DNA of 64,000 nucleotides from the NCBI GenBank assembly GCA_963799845.1, contig CAWCYI010000004.1, positions 1,760,001 through 1,824,000 on the forward strand, given 5' to 3'. Below the pieces are notes generated by a model. That model worked only from the letters and a program-made list of their open reading frames with translations. It was not told the origin of the DNA and did not search any database. The stretch is from an uncultured Nitrososphaerota archaeon (GTDB taxonomy: Archaea; Thermoproteota; Nitrososphaeria; Nitrososphaerales; CADDZS01). Below, one piece after another: positions 19,112 to 29,537 of this stretch (the first letter of the stretch is position 1; each line of letters opens with the position of its first letter). A program made the position numbers and the translations under genes.

Positions 19112-20242
19112 ATGAAGATTTCCAGGACATTAGACGAAGCTGACCTAGAGGATCTGGTGATTGGTGCCACAATCCTATCATCCGGAGGAGGAGGCTCGGT
19201 TGAGAACGCGTTTAGGATAATAAGGAAAATATCGGAAAAAGGGCTTGCACCGCACCTTGTTGACCCTGCCGGATTACCCGCAAAGGCTCTCGTTTTTGCT
19301 CCCGGCGATGTTGGTGGAGGGATAACGTCGGAAGAAGAAAAAAGGTTTGAGAGGGTCTACAAAACGAAGATCCCGATAAAGTGGAAACGGTGGCCGTGGG
19401 ATAAATGGTCGTCCGCATCAATAGCGGAACTTGCCAAATATCTGGGCCGGGAACCTGACGCGTTTCTGGCGATGGAAGCAGGTCCCGGTTCTTTTCTCAG
19501 CGTGATCTTCGAAGCAGCCGAAAGCGGAAAGCCGACGATCGATGGTGATACTGTCGGACGCGCGGTTCCTGAGATGACGATGTCGAAACTTTTTCTCAAT
19601 AATACGAGAGTTCTCGCCTCGGCTTCGACATCGCACTTTGGAGATATTATCATCTTGAAACAGATCCCCAATTTCAGGAGAATGGAAGATATCGTCAGGT
19701 CGTTCGCGAGTGCCTCGGGAGGAGGTGTGGGACTAGTTTCTGCGTTCGAAGGATCTACTGTCAGCAGAGGGACGATACCAAATTCAATTTCGCGATGCAT
19801 CAAGCTCGGTAGAGAGGTACGGACTTCTCCGATGAAGGACCTGTTGAAGACTGTCCTAGAAGAGACACGTGGAAAGATCCTATTTGTCGGGAAAGTGGAT
19901 AAAGTGGAATCCGAGCCCAGGCTCGGATATCTATTCGGGTCTTATTTGATGACCGGCACCGGCGAATATCGAGGGGCCAAGCTCAAAATCTGGTTCAAGA
20001 ACGAGAACCACGTAGCTTGGAAGAACGGGAGGCCGGTTGCCACATCTCCTGACACGATTACAATTTTTGATCCTGAGAAAAGACAGGGAATGTGGAATTG
20101 GGACGTGGTTCCAAGAGACAGGGAGTTAATTGTACTCGGAATACCTGCGGATAATATTTGGAAAACAAAAAGGGGTCTCGAAGTTCTGGGCCCCAGAGCT
20201 TTCGGTTTTGATATTGAGTACAGGCCGGTTCGCGCCGGCTAA
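19112..20242 (+). CDS. DUF917 family (S-methyl-thiohydantoin desulfurase-like) protein 1
   Basis: GATILSSGGGG, DGDTVGRAVPE, WFKNENH, ATSPD, VLGPRAFG. Confidence 0.85.
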   Translation: MKISRTLDEADLEDLVIGATILSSGGGGSVENAFRIIRKISEKGLAPHLVDPAGLPAKALVFAPGDVGGGITSEEEKRFERVYKTKIPIKWKRWPWDKWSSASIAELAKYLGREPDAFLAMEAGPGSFLSVIFEAAESGKPTIDGDTVGRAVPEMTMSKLFLNNTRVLASASTSHFGDIIILKQIPNFRRMEDIVRSFASASGGGVGLVSAFEGSTVSRGTIPNSISRCIKLGREVRTSPMKDLLKTVLEETRGKILFVGKVDKVESEPRLGYLFGSYLMTGTGEYRGAKLKIWFKNENHVAWKNGRPVATSPDTITIFDPEKRQGMWNWDVVPRDRELIVLGIPADNIWKTKRGLEVLGPRAFGFDIEYRPVRAG

Positions 20243-21081
20243 TAGCGCAGGTCCTTCATGAAATCTTCTATCGCTTGTGTGATGTTCTTCGCGGCTCCCT
20301 CTATCATGTTCTTTCCCCATTCCCTGTTTGCCTTGGTCGCATCTCCGAGAATTCCGGATGAAGTAACATCCTTGAACGTCCTGAATGTGGACGTGTAGAA
20401 GCCCTCCGACATCTTGATCGCTTCAGAAGCCTGGGGCATCTCCCGTTTCGCCCTTTCGATTTTGACCTGATCCGGTCTCAGATAGAGAGTCCAGGAAGTC
20501 TCCTGCGCGTTAGCGTGAAAGCCATCGTCGAAACTGATTCCCTTGCCGAGCTCCTTCGGGATAAAGTCCCACCAGTTGAAACCGATAACCTTCTTTGGAG
20601 AGAGCTCGTTTCTCGATTCGGCCGTGGCTATTGACAGCGCTGCCGTATTGCCTCCGTGGCCGTTGATGAAGATTACAGGATCAAAACCGTGGGAGGTGAG
20701 AGACCGCGCATAGTCCTTGACTACTGCGATGAACGTCTGTGCCTGCAGTGTAATGGTTCCGGGAAAAGGCATGTGGTGTGCGGACACGCCGGGTCGGAGT
20801 GGTGGCGCTACGACGCACCCCAGCTGCATTGCTACCAAGATGGACACCTCAAGAGGTGCAACGACATCTGAATAAAGTGGTAGATGTGGACCATGCTGCT
20901 CGATCGAACCGGTGGGTACTAGAATCGTCTTGGTCTGTTTCAGCAATTCCTGAACATCAGGCCATGTCATTTCTTCCAGAAAGATTGAATTTGGCAATTT
21001 TATTGTGCTACCTTTGGGTTCTAAGATCAGAGTGCACTCTATTAAATTTCTGGAAAGACATTCCCCTTTATAGGAGAGCAA
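20239..21081 (-). CDS. creatininase / creatinine amidohydrolase family protein
   Basis: PTGSIEQHGPHLP, HMPFPGT, INGHGGN, HANAQETS, SGILGD. Confidence 0.9.
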   Translation of the reverse strand: MLSYKGECLSRNLIECTLILEPKGSTIKLPNSIFLEEMTWPDVQELLKQTKTILVPTGSIEQHGPHLPLYSDVVAPLEVSILVAMQLGCVVAPPLRPGVSAHHMPFPGTITLQAQTFIAVVKDYARSLTSHGFDPVIFINGHGGNTAALSIATAESRNELSPKKVIGFNWWDFIPKELGKGISFDDGFHANAQETSWTLYLRPDQVKIERAKREMPQASEAIKMSEGFYTSTFRTFKDVTSSGILGDATKANREWGKNMIEGAAKNITQAIEDFMKDLRY

Positions 21082-21222
21082 GGTTTCTTACTCTCAGAAT
21101 TTAAGCCTGAATTTCTCGAGGAAAATTTGTATGACCAGTCTGCAAATGCACAAGGCGTGTCCAAAAAGTCACGATATCACTCAATGATTATATTTTTCGG
21201 AGAATCTCAGGTATAGAGCACG

Positions 21223-22281
21223 TTGAGTAAGAGAGGCTACACCGACTACCATGAGAGGATACCGCCGGGATGGCGTATAGCTCCAGTCGATCGCTGGCCG
21301 ATCAACAATCACGATTCGGGTCAAACGCCAAATTTCGATGTAGGAAAGTGGAGGTTCAGGACGTATGGTGAAGTAGAAAACCCACTCGACATAACGTATG
21401 AAGAATTCCGGAATCTTCCGCATATTACAAAGACGCTTGACCATCACTGCATCGATGGTTGGAGTTATCTCGGTCAGGTGTGGAACGGCGTCGACATTTC
21501 CGTCATAAAGGAAAAGACAAAAGTCCGGAAAAGTGCTTGCTACATTTTGGTTGAGAGTAGCCAAGGTCTGAGCCAGACGTTTCCAATAGGCCAGGATCTC
21601 TTGCTTGCGGATGGCCAGAATGGGTCAGTCCTGCCGAGACCCGCCGGGTATCCGCTGCGGATAGTGGCTCCAGGAGAATTCGGAATGAAAAGCACGAAGT
21701 GGGTTGAGAAGATCAAGTTTTGCAGCGAGCGGGAAGTCGATGCACTGGATAGGATGGTCATGCAGAACGGCCTGTACGAATTGTACTCCGAGAAATTGAG
21801 TGACTTCAATCCATGGACTGTCGATAATAAAGAGAGAAAGAAATTTCTCTGCAAGAATTTCGCCGCTGGAGTCGAGGCGGTGAGGTTTAAGAAAAAGCAG
21901 GAATTTCTCGACAGTAACGATGCGATCTCTTCAGAAACTTTTGCACTTTGCAAGCTAGGCGACCTAAAGGAGAATGCAGGTTCAAAGTTTGTAATTAACG
22001 GAAACGAGATTCTTGTGGTAAAGTCAGGGAACTTGATCTACGGGGTAGAGCCAATTTGTCCTCACCTTGGTTCAGATTTGTCTCGCGGAAGGGTCAACTG
22101 CGATGCCAAAACCGTCAAATGTCCCTTGCATGGCGCGGTGTTTGATATTGCTAGTGGGACATGCCTAAGCGGCAGCTATGGATGCGACGGCGATACTTTT
22201 CCTCCAATCCGAACTTACCGGATAAAGGTAGAATCTGATACCGTATTCCTTGAAAGAAATCAGGAATGGGGAACGATTTAG
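21223..22281 (+). CDS. sulfite-oxidase-family molybdopterin-binding domain fused to C-terminal Rieske [2Fe-2S] domain
   Basis: HHCIDGWS (Mo Cys), GYPLRIVAPG..GMKSTKW; CPHLG...CPLHGAVFD. Confidence 0.85.
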   Translation: MSKRGYTDYHERIPPGWRIAPVDRWPINNHDSGQTPNFDVGKWRFRTYGEVENPLDITYEEFRNLPHITKTLDHHCIDGWSYLGQVWNGVDISVIKEKTKVRKSACYILVESSQGLSQTFPIGQDLLLADGQNGSVLPRPAGYPLRIVAPGEFGMKSTKWVEKIKFCSEREVDALDRMVMQNGLYELYSEKLSDFNPWTVDNKERKKFLCKNFAAGVEAVRFKKKQEFLDSNDAISSETFALCKLGDLKENAGSKFVINGNEILVVKSGNLIYGVEPICPHLGSDLSRGRVNCDAKTVKCPLHGAVFDIASGTCLSGSYGCDGDTFPPIRTYRIKVESDTVFLERNQEWGTI

Positions 22282-23352
22282 GACAGGTTGAACGCGCTGG
22301 GACTGACAAGCTTTATGAGCTTCCTCAGACAGCCACTTCTCCGCGACCGGGATCTTGAAGACCTTGCAACGATTGCCGTACCTCAACTGATCTGTCGTTA
22401 TTGGAAGAAGAGATTCTAGATCGTGGATTGAAATTATCTGGGGCGTGGCGACGATCGTCTCTTCATTCTGCTCGAGTATGCGCTTGGCAATCAGAAACTC
22501 GTTCTGGAACAAGATCTTGAGTTTCTGGTCGCGATAGTGATCAATCCCTTCTATCAAAACATGGCCGATCGCAAAGCCCCTGAGATTGAATCTCTTCAGG
22601 TCAGTCACCTTCCCAACGAAGATTTCCTTCGCCCCGCATGAGTCGATCAGCGATTGCTCTGCTTCCTTGTTTTTCATCCCTTCGAGAAGCGATTCCCCGA
22701 TGTTTAGGGCGAGGCTGAGCGTGTTGGGGATTGCACTTTTTCTGTATCCAGCGCCATTCATTGGATGGCTGGCTACGCATCCTCGTCCACCCATCGCGAC
22801 GGTTATGGATCTGGCGAGCTTTTCTGTCCATGAATCGGAAAGACCGTTTATGATGACCTCGTTACCCTTCTCGTCGGAAATGCACATCGGGCTTGCTCTC
22901 TGGCCGTAAGCGTTGAAAGTTGTCATCTGAAGCTCGGGAAAAGCTCTTCCTTCTCCATCGCCATCGATTACGGGCAGCTTCACGTAGACCGCATTTATGA
23001 AGGGGACCAGCGAGTTGATCCCTCCGATTTCTGCGGGAGAAAGGTGCGTCGCATTTCTCCCGATGATCTTTTCAAGACTTCTGGTCGACCTCGCATACTC
23101 GGTTCCCGCGGGAATCTTTTCAACGCCGATCGTGGGCGATCCCATGCCGGCAATGCAGAAAGAAAAATGTGAATCATCGATTTCATCGAAAGGCGTAACC
23201 TCCAGCTCCTCGACTTGGAATCTTTCCATCGCTGATTTTAGAAGAAGCGCGCCAAGGTACGGATTTCCGCCCCCTCCTGACCCGAGGACAGCGCTGCCAA
23301 GCGCGAGAGAGTCAATGTTTGATTTTCTGAATTTCCTGAGCTCAGATCTCAT
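22278..23352 (-). CDS. DUF917 family protein 2 (frameshift near 22313)
   Basis: LGSGGGGNP, EIGGINS, DGDGEGRAFPELQM, FQNEF; removing one A gives HKLVSPSAFNLS* ending at 22278. Confidence 0.85.
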
Positions 23353-23469
23353 GCAGTAGTCATGATTCCTTCAGACTAAGTCTACCTTTGAAGGACGCCT
23401 GACCATAAGAAAGAAGAAAGTGTATCCTTCCTTATGATTGGGAGGATAGATTGAGGTGTCCTTCGGAGC

Positions 23470-25188
23470 CTATGATTTGTAATACACGTTGTACAGACCG
23501 TACTCAAAGCTGGGACCCAGGGAATAGGTGTACCCGCCGACGTGCGGGGACAACGCCACGAAGTACGGGGCAATGTCCAGGTATACATCCACGTAATTCT
23601 GAGTGATGTCTGTCTGGAGCTGGTAGAAGTACTGCTGTCTCTGGGCGTCGTTTATTGTTGTCCTCTCCTGTGTAAGAAGGCTATCTACAGTTGAGTTGCT
23701 GAACCACTCCATGGAAATCCACGTGCCGTGAGCTGAAGATGAATACGGGGAGTAGAGCAACGAATCAACATCTGGATAGAAAGGCAGGAATTCGATGATT
23801 GTAAAGTCAGGCGTCGAAGTAACATTCGCTGCAATCTGAGTGACGGTAAGGAACGTTTGGGGCTGGATGTTTACCGTGACGCCGATCTGCCCCAGATCCT
23901 TCTGGAATTCCTCGGCTATCTGTTGTTCCTGAATGCTGCCCTGGACATACACTATAGTAAGAGCTTGAGCACCCGGGTTGACTCCTGAACTAGTAATCGC
24001 CGCTTTGGCTGCGCTAATGTTTTGTGAAAGTGGCTTTACAGCCGAGTTATAGTCCTTGTAGGATTGCGGAACAGGACCGGCGAGCTGGACACCGCCAGGG
24101 AAAATATAGGGCAGTGACGAGTAATTGAAAGCTAGCGCGACTGCCTTTCTGAAAAGGGTGCTATTCAGCGGGGCCTTCTGGGTATTCATCTTGATCATGT
24201 AGAAGGTCGCGGTCGAATAGTTCATGAATTGCCAGCCCAAAGACGAGTGTAGAGACTGGTATGTCGAGAGCTGAAGATAATCACTCACCCAGTCCAACGA
24301 GCCTTCTTTGGCAAGAGACAATACGGTGGCATCGGAAGTCACAATCGTGTAAGTGACTGTATTGTACGGGTGCGGGTTACTGGACCATCCCAGCCAATAT
24401 CCGGAGAATCTATCGATGGTAAGGGAAACTCCAGGTTGGTAGTTTCCGAGCATGTAAGGCCCAGATCCTGCTTCGTGGTTGTTCAGCCAGCCAGCTCCCC
24501 AGTCACCCATCGGGTTGCTCGATGAGGAATTTGCCAGGTGCTGCATTACGGTTTGCTGGTCTACGATGAAGAAAAGAGAAAGCGTGCTCACAAACGGGGC
24601 GTAGACTGTTTCGGTTTGCATCTGGACCGCCGAAGAATTCAGAGCTTTGATTCCGGAAGAGTTCAATATTCCTATCCAGAATGAAGCAGAACCCTCGCCG
24701 ATTGCAAGCATCCGCTGCATCGAGAAAACCACGTCGCTCGCATTTAGGATGTTCCCGCTGTGGAACTTGATGCCCTGATTAAGAATGAAAGTATACGTCT
24801 TGCCGTCGGATGCTGCGGTCCAGCTGCTGGCGACGTGCGGAATGATCGTCGAATTCGGAGCCTGCGTTACGAGGTTATCATACATGTTGTACATGGCAAG
24901 ATCTTGGGTGTAATCATTTCCAACCGCTGGGTCGATGTTTCCAAAGTCCTGCTGAACCTGCACATTCAGCGTAGGAGTCGATGCGTTTGATGCGGTAGAT
25001 GAGGTCGTAGAAGTGGTTGAAACCACAGGTGAACTTGAAGTGGTAATCGTTGACGAGGTTGAAGTCGTAGATGTGGTCGTTGATTTGGTAGATAACGCGA
25101 GGATCCCAGCTCCAGCGATGATTATTATTATGACGACGACTACGACAATCAGAGCGACTCTGCTAATGGCATGTCTAAAATTCTTCAA
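23470..25188 (-). CDS. peptide/nickel ABC transporter substrate-binding protein (family 5)
   Basis: class III-like signal peptide, Ser/Thr linker, IDPA, KFHSGNILNASDVVFS, GSGPY. Confidence 0.9.
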   Translation of the reverse strand: MKNFRHAISRVALIVVVVVIIIIIAGAGILALSTKSTTTSTTSTSSTITTSSSPVVSTTSTTSSTASNASTPTLNVQVQQDFGNIDPAVGNDYTQDLAMYNMYDNLVTQAPNSTIIPHVASSWTAASDGKTYTFILNQGIKFHSGNILNASDVVFSMQRMLAIGEGSASFWIGILNSSGIKALNSSAVQMQTETVYAPFVSTLSLFFIVDQQTVMQHLANSSSSNPMGDWGAGWLNNHEAGSGPYMLGNYQPGVSLTIDRFSGYWLGWSSNPHPYNTVTYTIVTSDATVLSLAKEGSLDWVSDYLQLSTYQSLHSSLGWQFMNYSTATFYMIKMNTQKAPLNSTLFRKAVALAFNYSSLPYIFPGGVQLAGPVPQSYKDYNSAVKPLSQNISAAKAAITSSGVNPGAQALTIVYVQGSIQEQQIAEEFQKDLGQIGVTVNIQPQTFLTVTQIAANVTSTPDFTIIEFLPFYPDVDSLLYSPYSSSAHGTWISMEWFSNSTVDSLLTQERTTINDAQRQQYFYQLQTDITQNYVDVYLDIAPYFVALSPHVGGYTYSLGPSFEYGLYNVYYKS

Positions 25189-25306
25189 AGTTGAAACTTT
25201 GAAGGTGGTAAGCGACTTAGCTCTTAAGCTTAGCGGAATTCGTTAATCGGAAAAAAACGAAATTCGCACGCTTAAATATTATCCAGTGGTAGTTGCCTCC
25301 CATTCA

Positions 25307-26323
25307 ATGCGGTTTTGGGAGTACGTTTTTCGCAGAGCAATGCTCGCGCTCTTGACTCTCGTAGGACTTTCTGTTGTCATTTTTTATTTGTCCAGAGTCC
25401 TCCCCGCTGATCCGGGCAGACTTGCGCTGGGGCCGTATGCGAGCGAGCAACAGGTGAAATTATACGATCACCAGCTCGGGCTTGACAAGCCGATCTACGA
25501 ACAATATTTTCTCTATCTCTGGAACTTTATTCACGGACAGTGGGGACAATCGATAATCACCCACAACAATGTGCTTGCTGACGTTGAATACTATTTTCCA
25601 TCAACCTTTGAACTGATCACAATTTCGATAATTCTCACAGCGCTCATTGGGATACCTCTGGGAATAGTCGCGGCGAGCCGCCGCGGAAAGGGATCGTCAG
25701 CAGTGATTAGATTACTCTGGATAATCGGAATTGCGATACCTCCGTTTGCGACCGGAATCGCTTTACAGTTGATCTTCGGCTATTATCTCGACCTCCTGCC
25801 GGTCGCGACCCAGATCAGCGGAGCTCTGCCGACGAGGATCACCGGAATGGTTTTGGTCGACAGCCTGCTCACACTTAACTGGCCAGCGTTCGTGAGCTCT
25901 TCCGCACATTTGATCCTTCCCGAGATCGCACTTTCCCTTACCGGCATCGGGCAGATCGCCCAGTTGACCTACGCTGGAGTTCTTGACGAAACTGGTGAGG
26001 ATTACTACACCGCCCTAATCGCATTCGGAGCAAAGTCTAGATCGCTCAACTTCAAGTATGCAATGAGATCCGCTCTTGTTCCTGTTTTGACAGTTCTTGG
26101 TCTGCTCTACGCTTCTCTGATAGCTTACGCGTTTCTGGTCGAAGATGTGTTCACCTGGGGCGGACTGTCCCAGTACGCGGTGACCGCCATGCAGACAAAG
26201 GATTTCAACGCGATTGTCGCGACCGTCCTCATAGTTGGCTTCTTCTACATCGTGCTTAATTTCCTCGTGGATATTGCCCTCGGATATGTTGATCCCAGAA
26301 TGAGATTGGATGGAGCAGAATGA
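25307..26323 (+). CDS. peptide ABC transporter permease (DppB/OppB-like)
   Basis: LPADP, LGLDKPIYEQY, HLILP, VEDVF, YVDPR. Confidence 0.9.
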   Translation: MRFWEYVFRRAMLALLTLVGLSVVIFYLSRVLPADPGRLALGPYASEQQVKLYDHQLGLDKPIYEQYFLYLWNFIHGQWGQSIITHNNVLADVEYYFPSTFELITISIILTALIGIPLGIVAASRRGKGSSAVIRLLWIIGIAIPPFATGIALQLIFGYYLDLLPVATQISGALPTRITGMVLVDSLLTLNWPAFVSSSAHLILPEIALSLTGIGQIAQLTYAGVLDETGEDYYTALIAFGAKSRSLNFKYAMRSALVPVLTVLGLLYASLIAYAFLVEDVFTWGGLSQYAVTAMQTKDFNAIVATVLIVGFFYIVLNFLVDIALGYVDPRMRLDGAE

Positions 26324-27207
26324 CCGAGACATTAACAAAACCGCCAAAAGGTGAGAGGTTCAAGGAACTCACAAACCAGCTTTACCGTTTGACGTATGAT
26401 CCGCTCGCGATAGGCGGCCTGGTAATCTTGGCAGGGATCATCTTCGTCGCGATCTTTGCTCCGTTCCTTACCCCATATGCAAATCAGGTGGGGCCTTACA
26501 CGAACTTTGCGGCGGAGTATATGCATCCGTCGTGGGCTCACTGGTTCGGGACGGACAATGTTGGAAAGGATATTTTCACCCAGGTTATCTTTGGTTTCAG
26601 AATTTCGCTTTCAATTGCGTTGGTAGTCCTCGTGGCGAGCGCCCCTGTTGGAATCGTGCTCGGCCTGGTCGCGGGGTACTACGAAGGATGGATAGGAGCG
26701 TTAATCCAAAGGGTCACCGAGATATTTCTGTCGCTGCCCGCCCTAATTTTCGCACTCGTAATCGCGGCCATCCTCGGTCCAAACCTTCAGGACGTAATAA
26801 TCGCCCTGATCAGCCTCTGGTGGAACTGGTATGCGAGGATAATGTATACCGTGACAAAATCACTCAAAAATCGCCCTTACGTGGAAGCAGCCAAAGTGCA
26901 GGGAGCCGGGCCCTTGCGAATAATGTTCAGGGAGATCCTTCCGAATGCGACATCGACCCTGACCGCGAAGATGATGCTCGATCTGGGCTTCATCATACTG
27001 ATAGAATCGGCCATGGGGTTCCTCGGGATTGGGGCACAGCCGCCAACGCCTGATCTTGGAGTGATGGTGGCCTCTGGGCTTCCATACCTCGCGACGTACT
27101 GGTGGATTTCGCTTTTCCCGAGTCTTGCTCTGACTGTCCTCGTCCTCTCCTTCAACTTAATCGGAATCGGGATAAGGGATCTCTTTGACGTGAAGGTGGT
27201 CGCCTAG
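26320..27207 (+). CDS. peptide ABC transporter permease (DppC/OppC-like)
   Basis: HWFGTDNVGKD, YVEAAKVQGA, ILPNA, FLGIGAQPPTPDLG. Confidence 0.92.
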   Translation: MTETLTKPPKGERFKELTNQLYRLTYDPLAIGGLVILAGIIFVAIFAPFLTPYANQVGPYTNFAAEYMHPSWAHWFGTDNVGKDIFTQVIFGFRISLSIALVVLVASAPVGIVLGLVAGYYEGWIGALIQRVTEIFLSLPALIFALVIAAILGPNLQDVIIALISLWWNWYARIMYTVTKSLKNRPYVEAAKVQGAGPLRIMFREILPNATSTLTAKMMLDLGFIILIESAMGFLGIGAQPPTPDLGVMVASGLPYLATYWWISLFPSLALTVLVLSFNLIGIGIRDLFDVKVVA

Positions 27208-28185
27208 ATGTCGCTGCTTGAAATTGACAAGCTGAATCTCAGCGTTACCGCCAATCGGATCAAGGTACCGATTTTAAGGAATGTAAGTATCAATGTGGAG
27301 AAGGCCGAGGTCGTAGCGATCGTGGGAGAAACCGGGAGTGGGAAGACGCTCACGGCGAAAGCGGTAATGGGCATTCTCCCCAAGAACTCCATCATCGATT
27401 CTGGGCATGCATTCTATGAGGGAGTCGACATACTTACTTCCTCATCTGAAGCCCGCAAGGCTCGAAAAAAGATCGCTATGGTATTCCAGAACCCGATGTC
27501 ATCCCTGAATCAACTTTTCAAGATAAAGGATCAGATGAGCGACGTTTTGAACTGGTCCGGCGTCGACAAATCGCAGATGACAAAGGAGACACGGATCGAC
27601 AAAATTATTTCGACTCTGGAACAGGTGAAATTAGGGCAAAACGCACTTGACATGTATCCCTTCCAGCTGAGCGGGGGGATGAGACAAAGGGTGATGATAG
27701 CGATGTCACTCTTGCGCGAGCCAGATCTCCTGATAGCAGATGAACCAACAACTGCGCTCGACGTTACAACGCAGAGGGAGATACTGAACCTGCTCCAGGA
27801 GCTCGCTGGCAAGAACAAGATGAGCCTCTTGCTCATCACGCACAATTTGGGAATCGCTTTTGAGACTGCCGAGCGGACCTACGTATTCTACGCCGGAAGG
27901 GTCGTGGAAGAGGGCACAACCTCATCCTTGTTTCGGAACCCTCTGCATCCATACACCCGAGGCCTCATTGATTCGATCCCGTCTCTGGACAGGTCCAGGG
28001 CGATGGAGGGAATTCGAGGAGAGATTTCTCAGGACGACAGGAGCACCGAATCGTGCTGCTTCAACAGGAGATGTCCAATCGCGATTGAGATCTGCACGAA
28101 GGAAGAGCCGCAGCTGGAAGAACTGGAGTCGCGACACCGAGTGGCGTGCTTTGTGGCGAGTCAGAGGGCGAGGCGAACGAAGTGA
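27208..28185 (+). CDS. peptide ABC transporter ATP-binding protein (DppD-like)
   Basis: GETGSGKT, LSGGMRQR, DEPTTALD, HPYT, C-terminal Cys cluster. Confidence 0.93.
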   Translation: MSLLEIDKLNLSVTANRIKVPILRNVSINVEKAEVVAIVGETGSGKTLTAKAVMGILPKNSIIDSGHAFYEGVDILTSSSEARKARKKIAMVFQNPMSSLNQLFKIKDQMSDVLNWSGVDKSQMTKETRIDKIISTLEQVKLGQNALDMYPFQLSGGMRQRVMIAMSLLREPDLLIADEPTTALDVTTQREILNLLQELAGKNKMSLLLITHNLGIAFETAERTYVFYAGRVVEEGTTSSLFRNPLHPYTRGLIDSIPSLDRSRAMEGIRGEISQDDRSTESCCFNRRCPIAIEICTKEEPQLEELESRHRVACFVASQRARRTK

Positions 28186-29139
28186 AACAAATTTTTGAAG
28201 TAGACCAGGTCTCCAAGACGTTTGAGCTTCGAACCGGCTTGACGCGAAAGAAGGTGGGAGAAGTTAGGGCAGTTGACAATGTCTCATTCAGTGTCGGTCG
28301 GGGAGAGACGCTCGGAATCATCGGCGAAACTGGATCTGGCAAGACGACGATAGCGAAGATGCTGTTGCTACTCGTTAGACCTGATTCGGGGAAGATACTC
28401 TTCGAGGATCGCGATATCTCCTCATTTTCCAAGTCAGAGGAGAAAGATTACAGGAAGAAGGTTCAAACCGTGTTCCAGGACCCGACTTCGTCTCTCAATC
28501 CGAGGCACAATGTGAAGACGATCATCGAATCTCCGCTCAAGATTCATCACGAGGAATTCAAGAAGCGAATCCCCGACCTGTTGAAACTCGTCAATCTAGA
28601 CGAATCTTACGAGTACAGATATCCGCATACACTGAGCGGGGGAGAGAAACAGCGCGTAGCTGATCGCCCGTGCCCTGGCTTTAAACCCTGAGGTTATCAT
28701 CCTGGACGAACCTACTTCCGCACTTGACGTATCCGTACAGGCAAAGATAATTGCTCTGTTGAAAAGCTTCAAAGAAAAGCTCGATATCACCTATCTCTTT
28801 ATCTCGCATGACCTGAGTCTCGTCGCGAACTTTTGCGATCGAACTCTGGTTGTTTACAACGGAAAAATGTGCGAGATGGGAAAAACTTCGGAGATTTTCA
28901 AAAATCCGATCCATCCGTACACCGAACTCTTGCTTTCTTCTGTCCCAGTCGTCAGCGAGTCGGAGGAAAACATGAAGCCGAAGGACGTGCCAATCCAAAC
29001 GAATTCAAGATCCGTCAGATACACAGACGGCTGCGTTTTTCGCGACAAGTGCTGGTTGAAGCAGAGCATCTGCGAGACGCGGGTGCCGGAGTTCAGGGAG
29101 GTTTCCCAGGATCACTGGGTCGCCTGCCACGTGAGGTGA
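28182..29139 (+). CDS. peptide ABC transporter ATP-binding protein (DppF-like); frameshift near 28661
   Basis: GETGSGKT, LSGGEKQRV, then IARALALNPEVIILDEPT in the next frame; HPYT, VACH. Confidence 0.9.
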
Positions 29140-29145
29140 AATGCG

Positions 29146-29478
29146 ATGACTTCTGACGACGATGAAAACGGTGAACACAAATCGAGGTCTTCGATCGGAG
29201 CTTCGCGGTTCTTTGTCTGGTACGGAAATAGAAGGAGACGAGGGATGCTTGACGATGCAAGACTGTCGTTCAGGGATTATCTCGTGAAAATTGGATTAAT
29301 TTTTGCGTTCATGCTGCTCGACCTGATTTTCTTTCCTTCCTTGGTTCAGATTTTAATCCCGATCTCCACCGATTTCTACGTAGCGTGGGCGGCCGGCGGA
29401 TTGTTGCTGGTATTTGTCGAAAAAAAGATGCTCGACAGAATCTTGCCGCCGCGGAAAATACCTACGAGCAATCAGTGA
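29146..29478 (+). CDS. hypothetical 2-TM membrane protein
   Basis: two hydrophobic helices; co-oriented inside the dpp-DUF917 operon. Confidence 0.6.
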   Translation: MTSDDDENGEHKSRSSIGASRFFVWYGNRRRRGMLDDARLSFRDYLVKIGLIFAFMLLDLIFFPSLVQILIPISTDFYVAWAAGGLLLVFVEKKMLDRILPPRKIPTSNQ

Positions 29479-29537
29479 ATTAATTTCTCACGAGTGTTGG
29501 AAGATTTAATAGCTGAAAATCCGTTCGAGGCTAATTC

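Noticed and set aside
22165-22281. 117-bp convergent overlap between DUF917 and the Moco-Rieske gene
   Set aside because: Disappears when a single extra A near 22313 is removed
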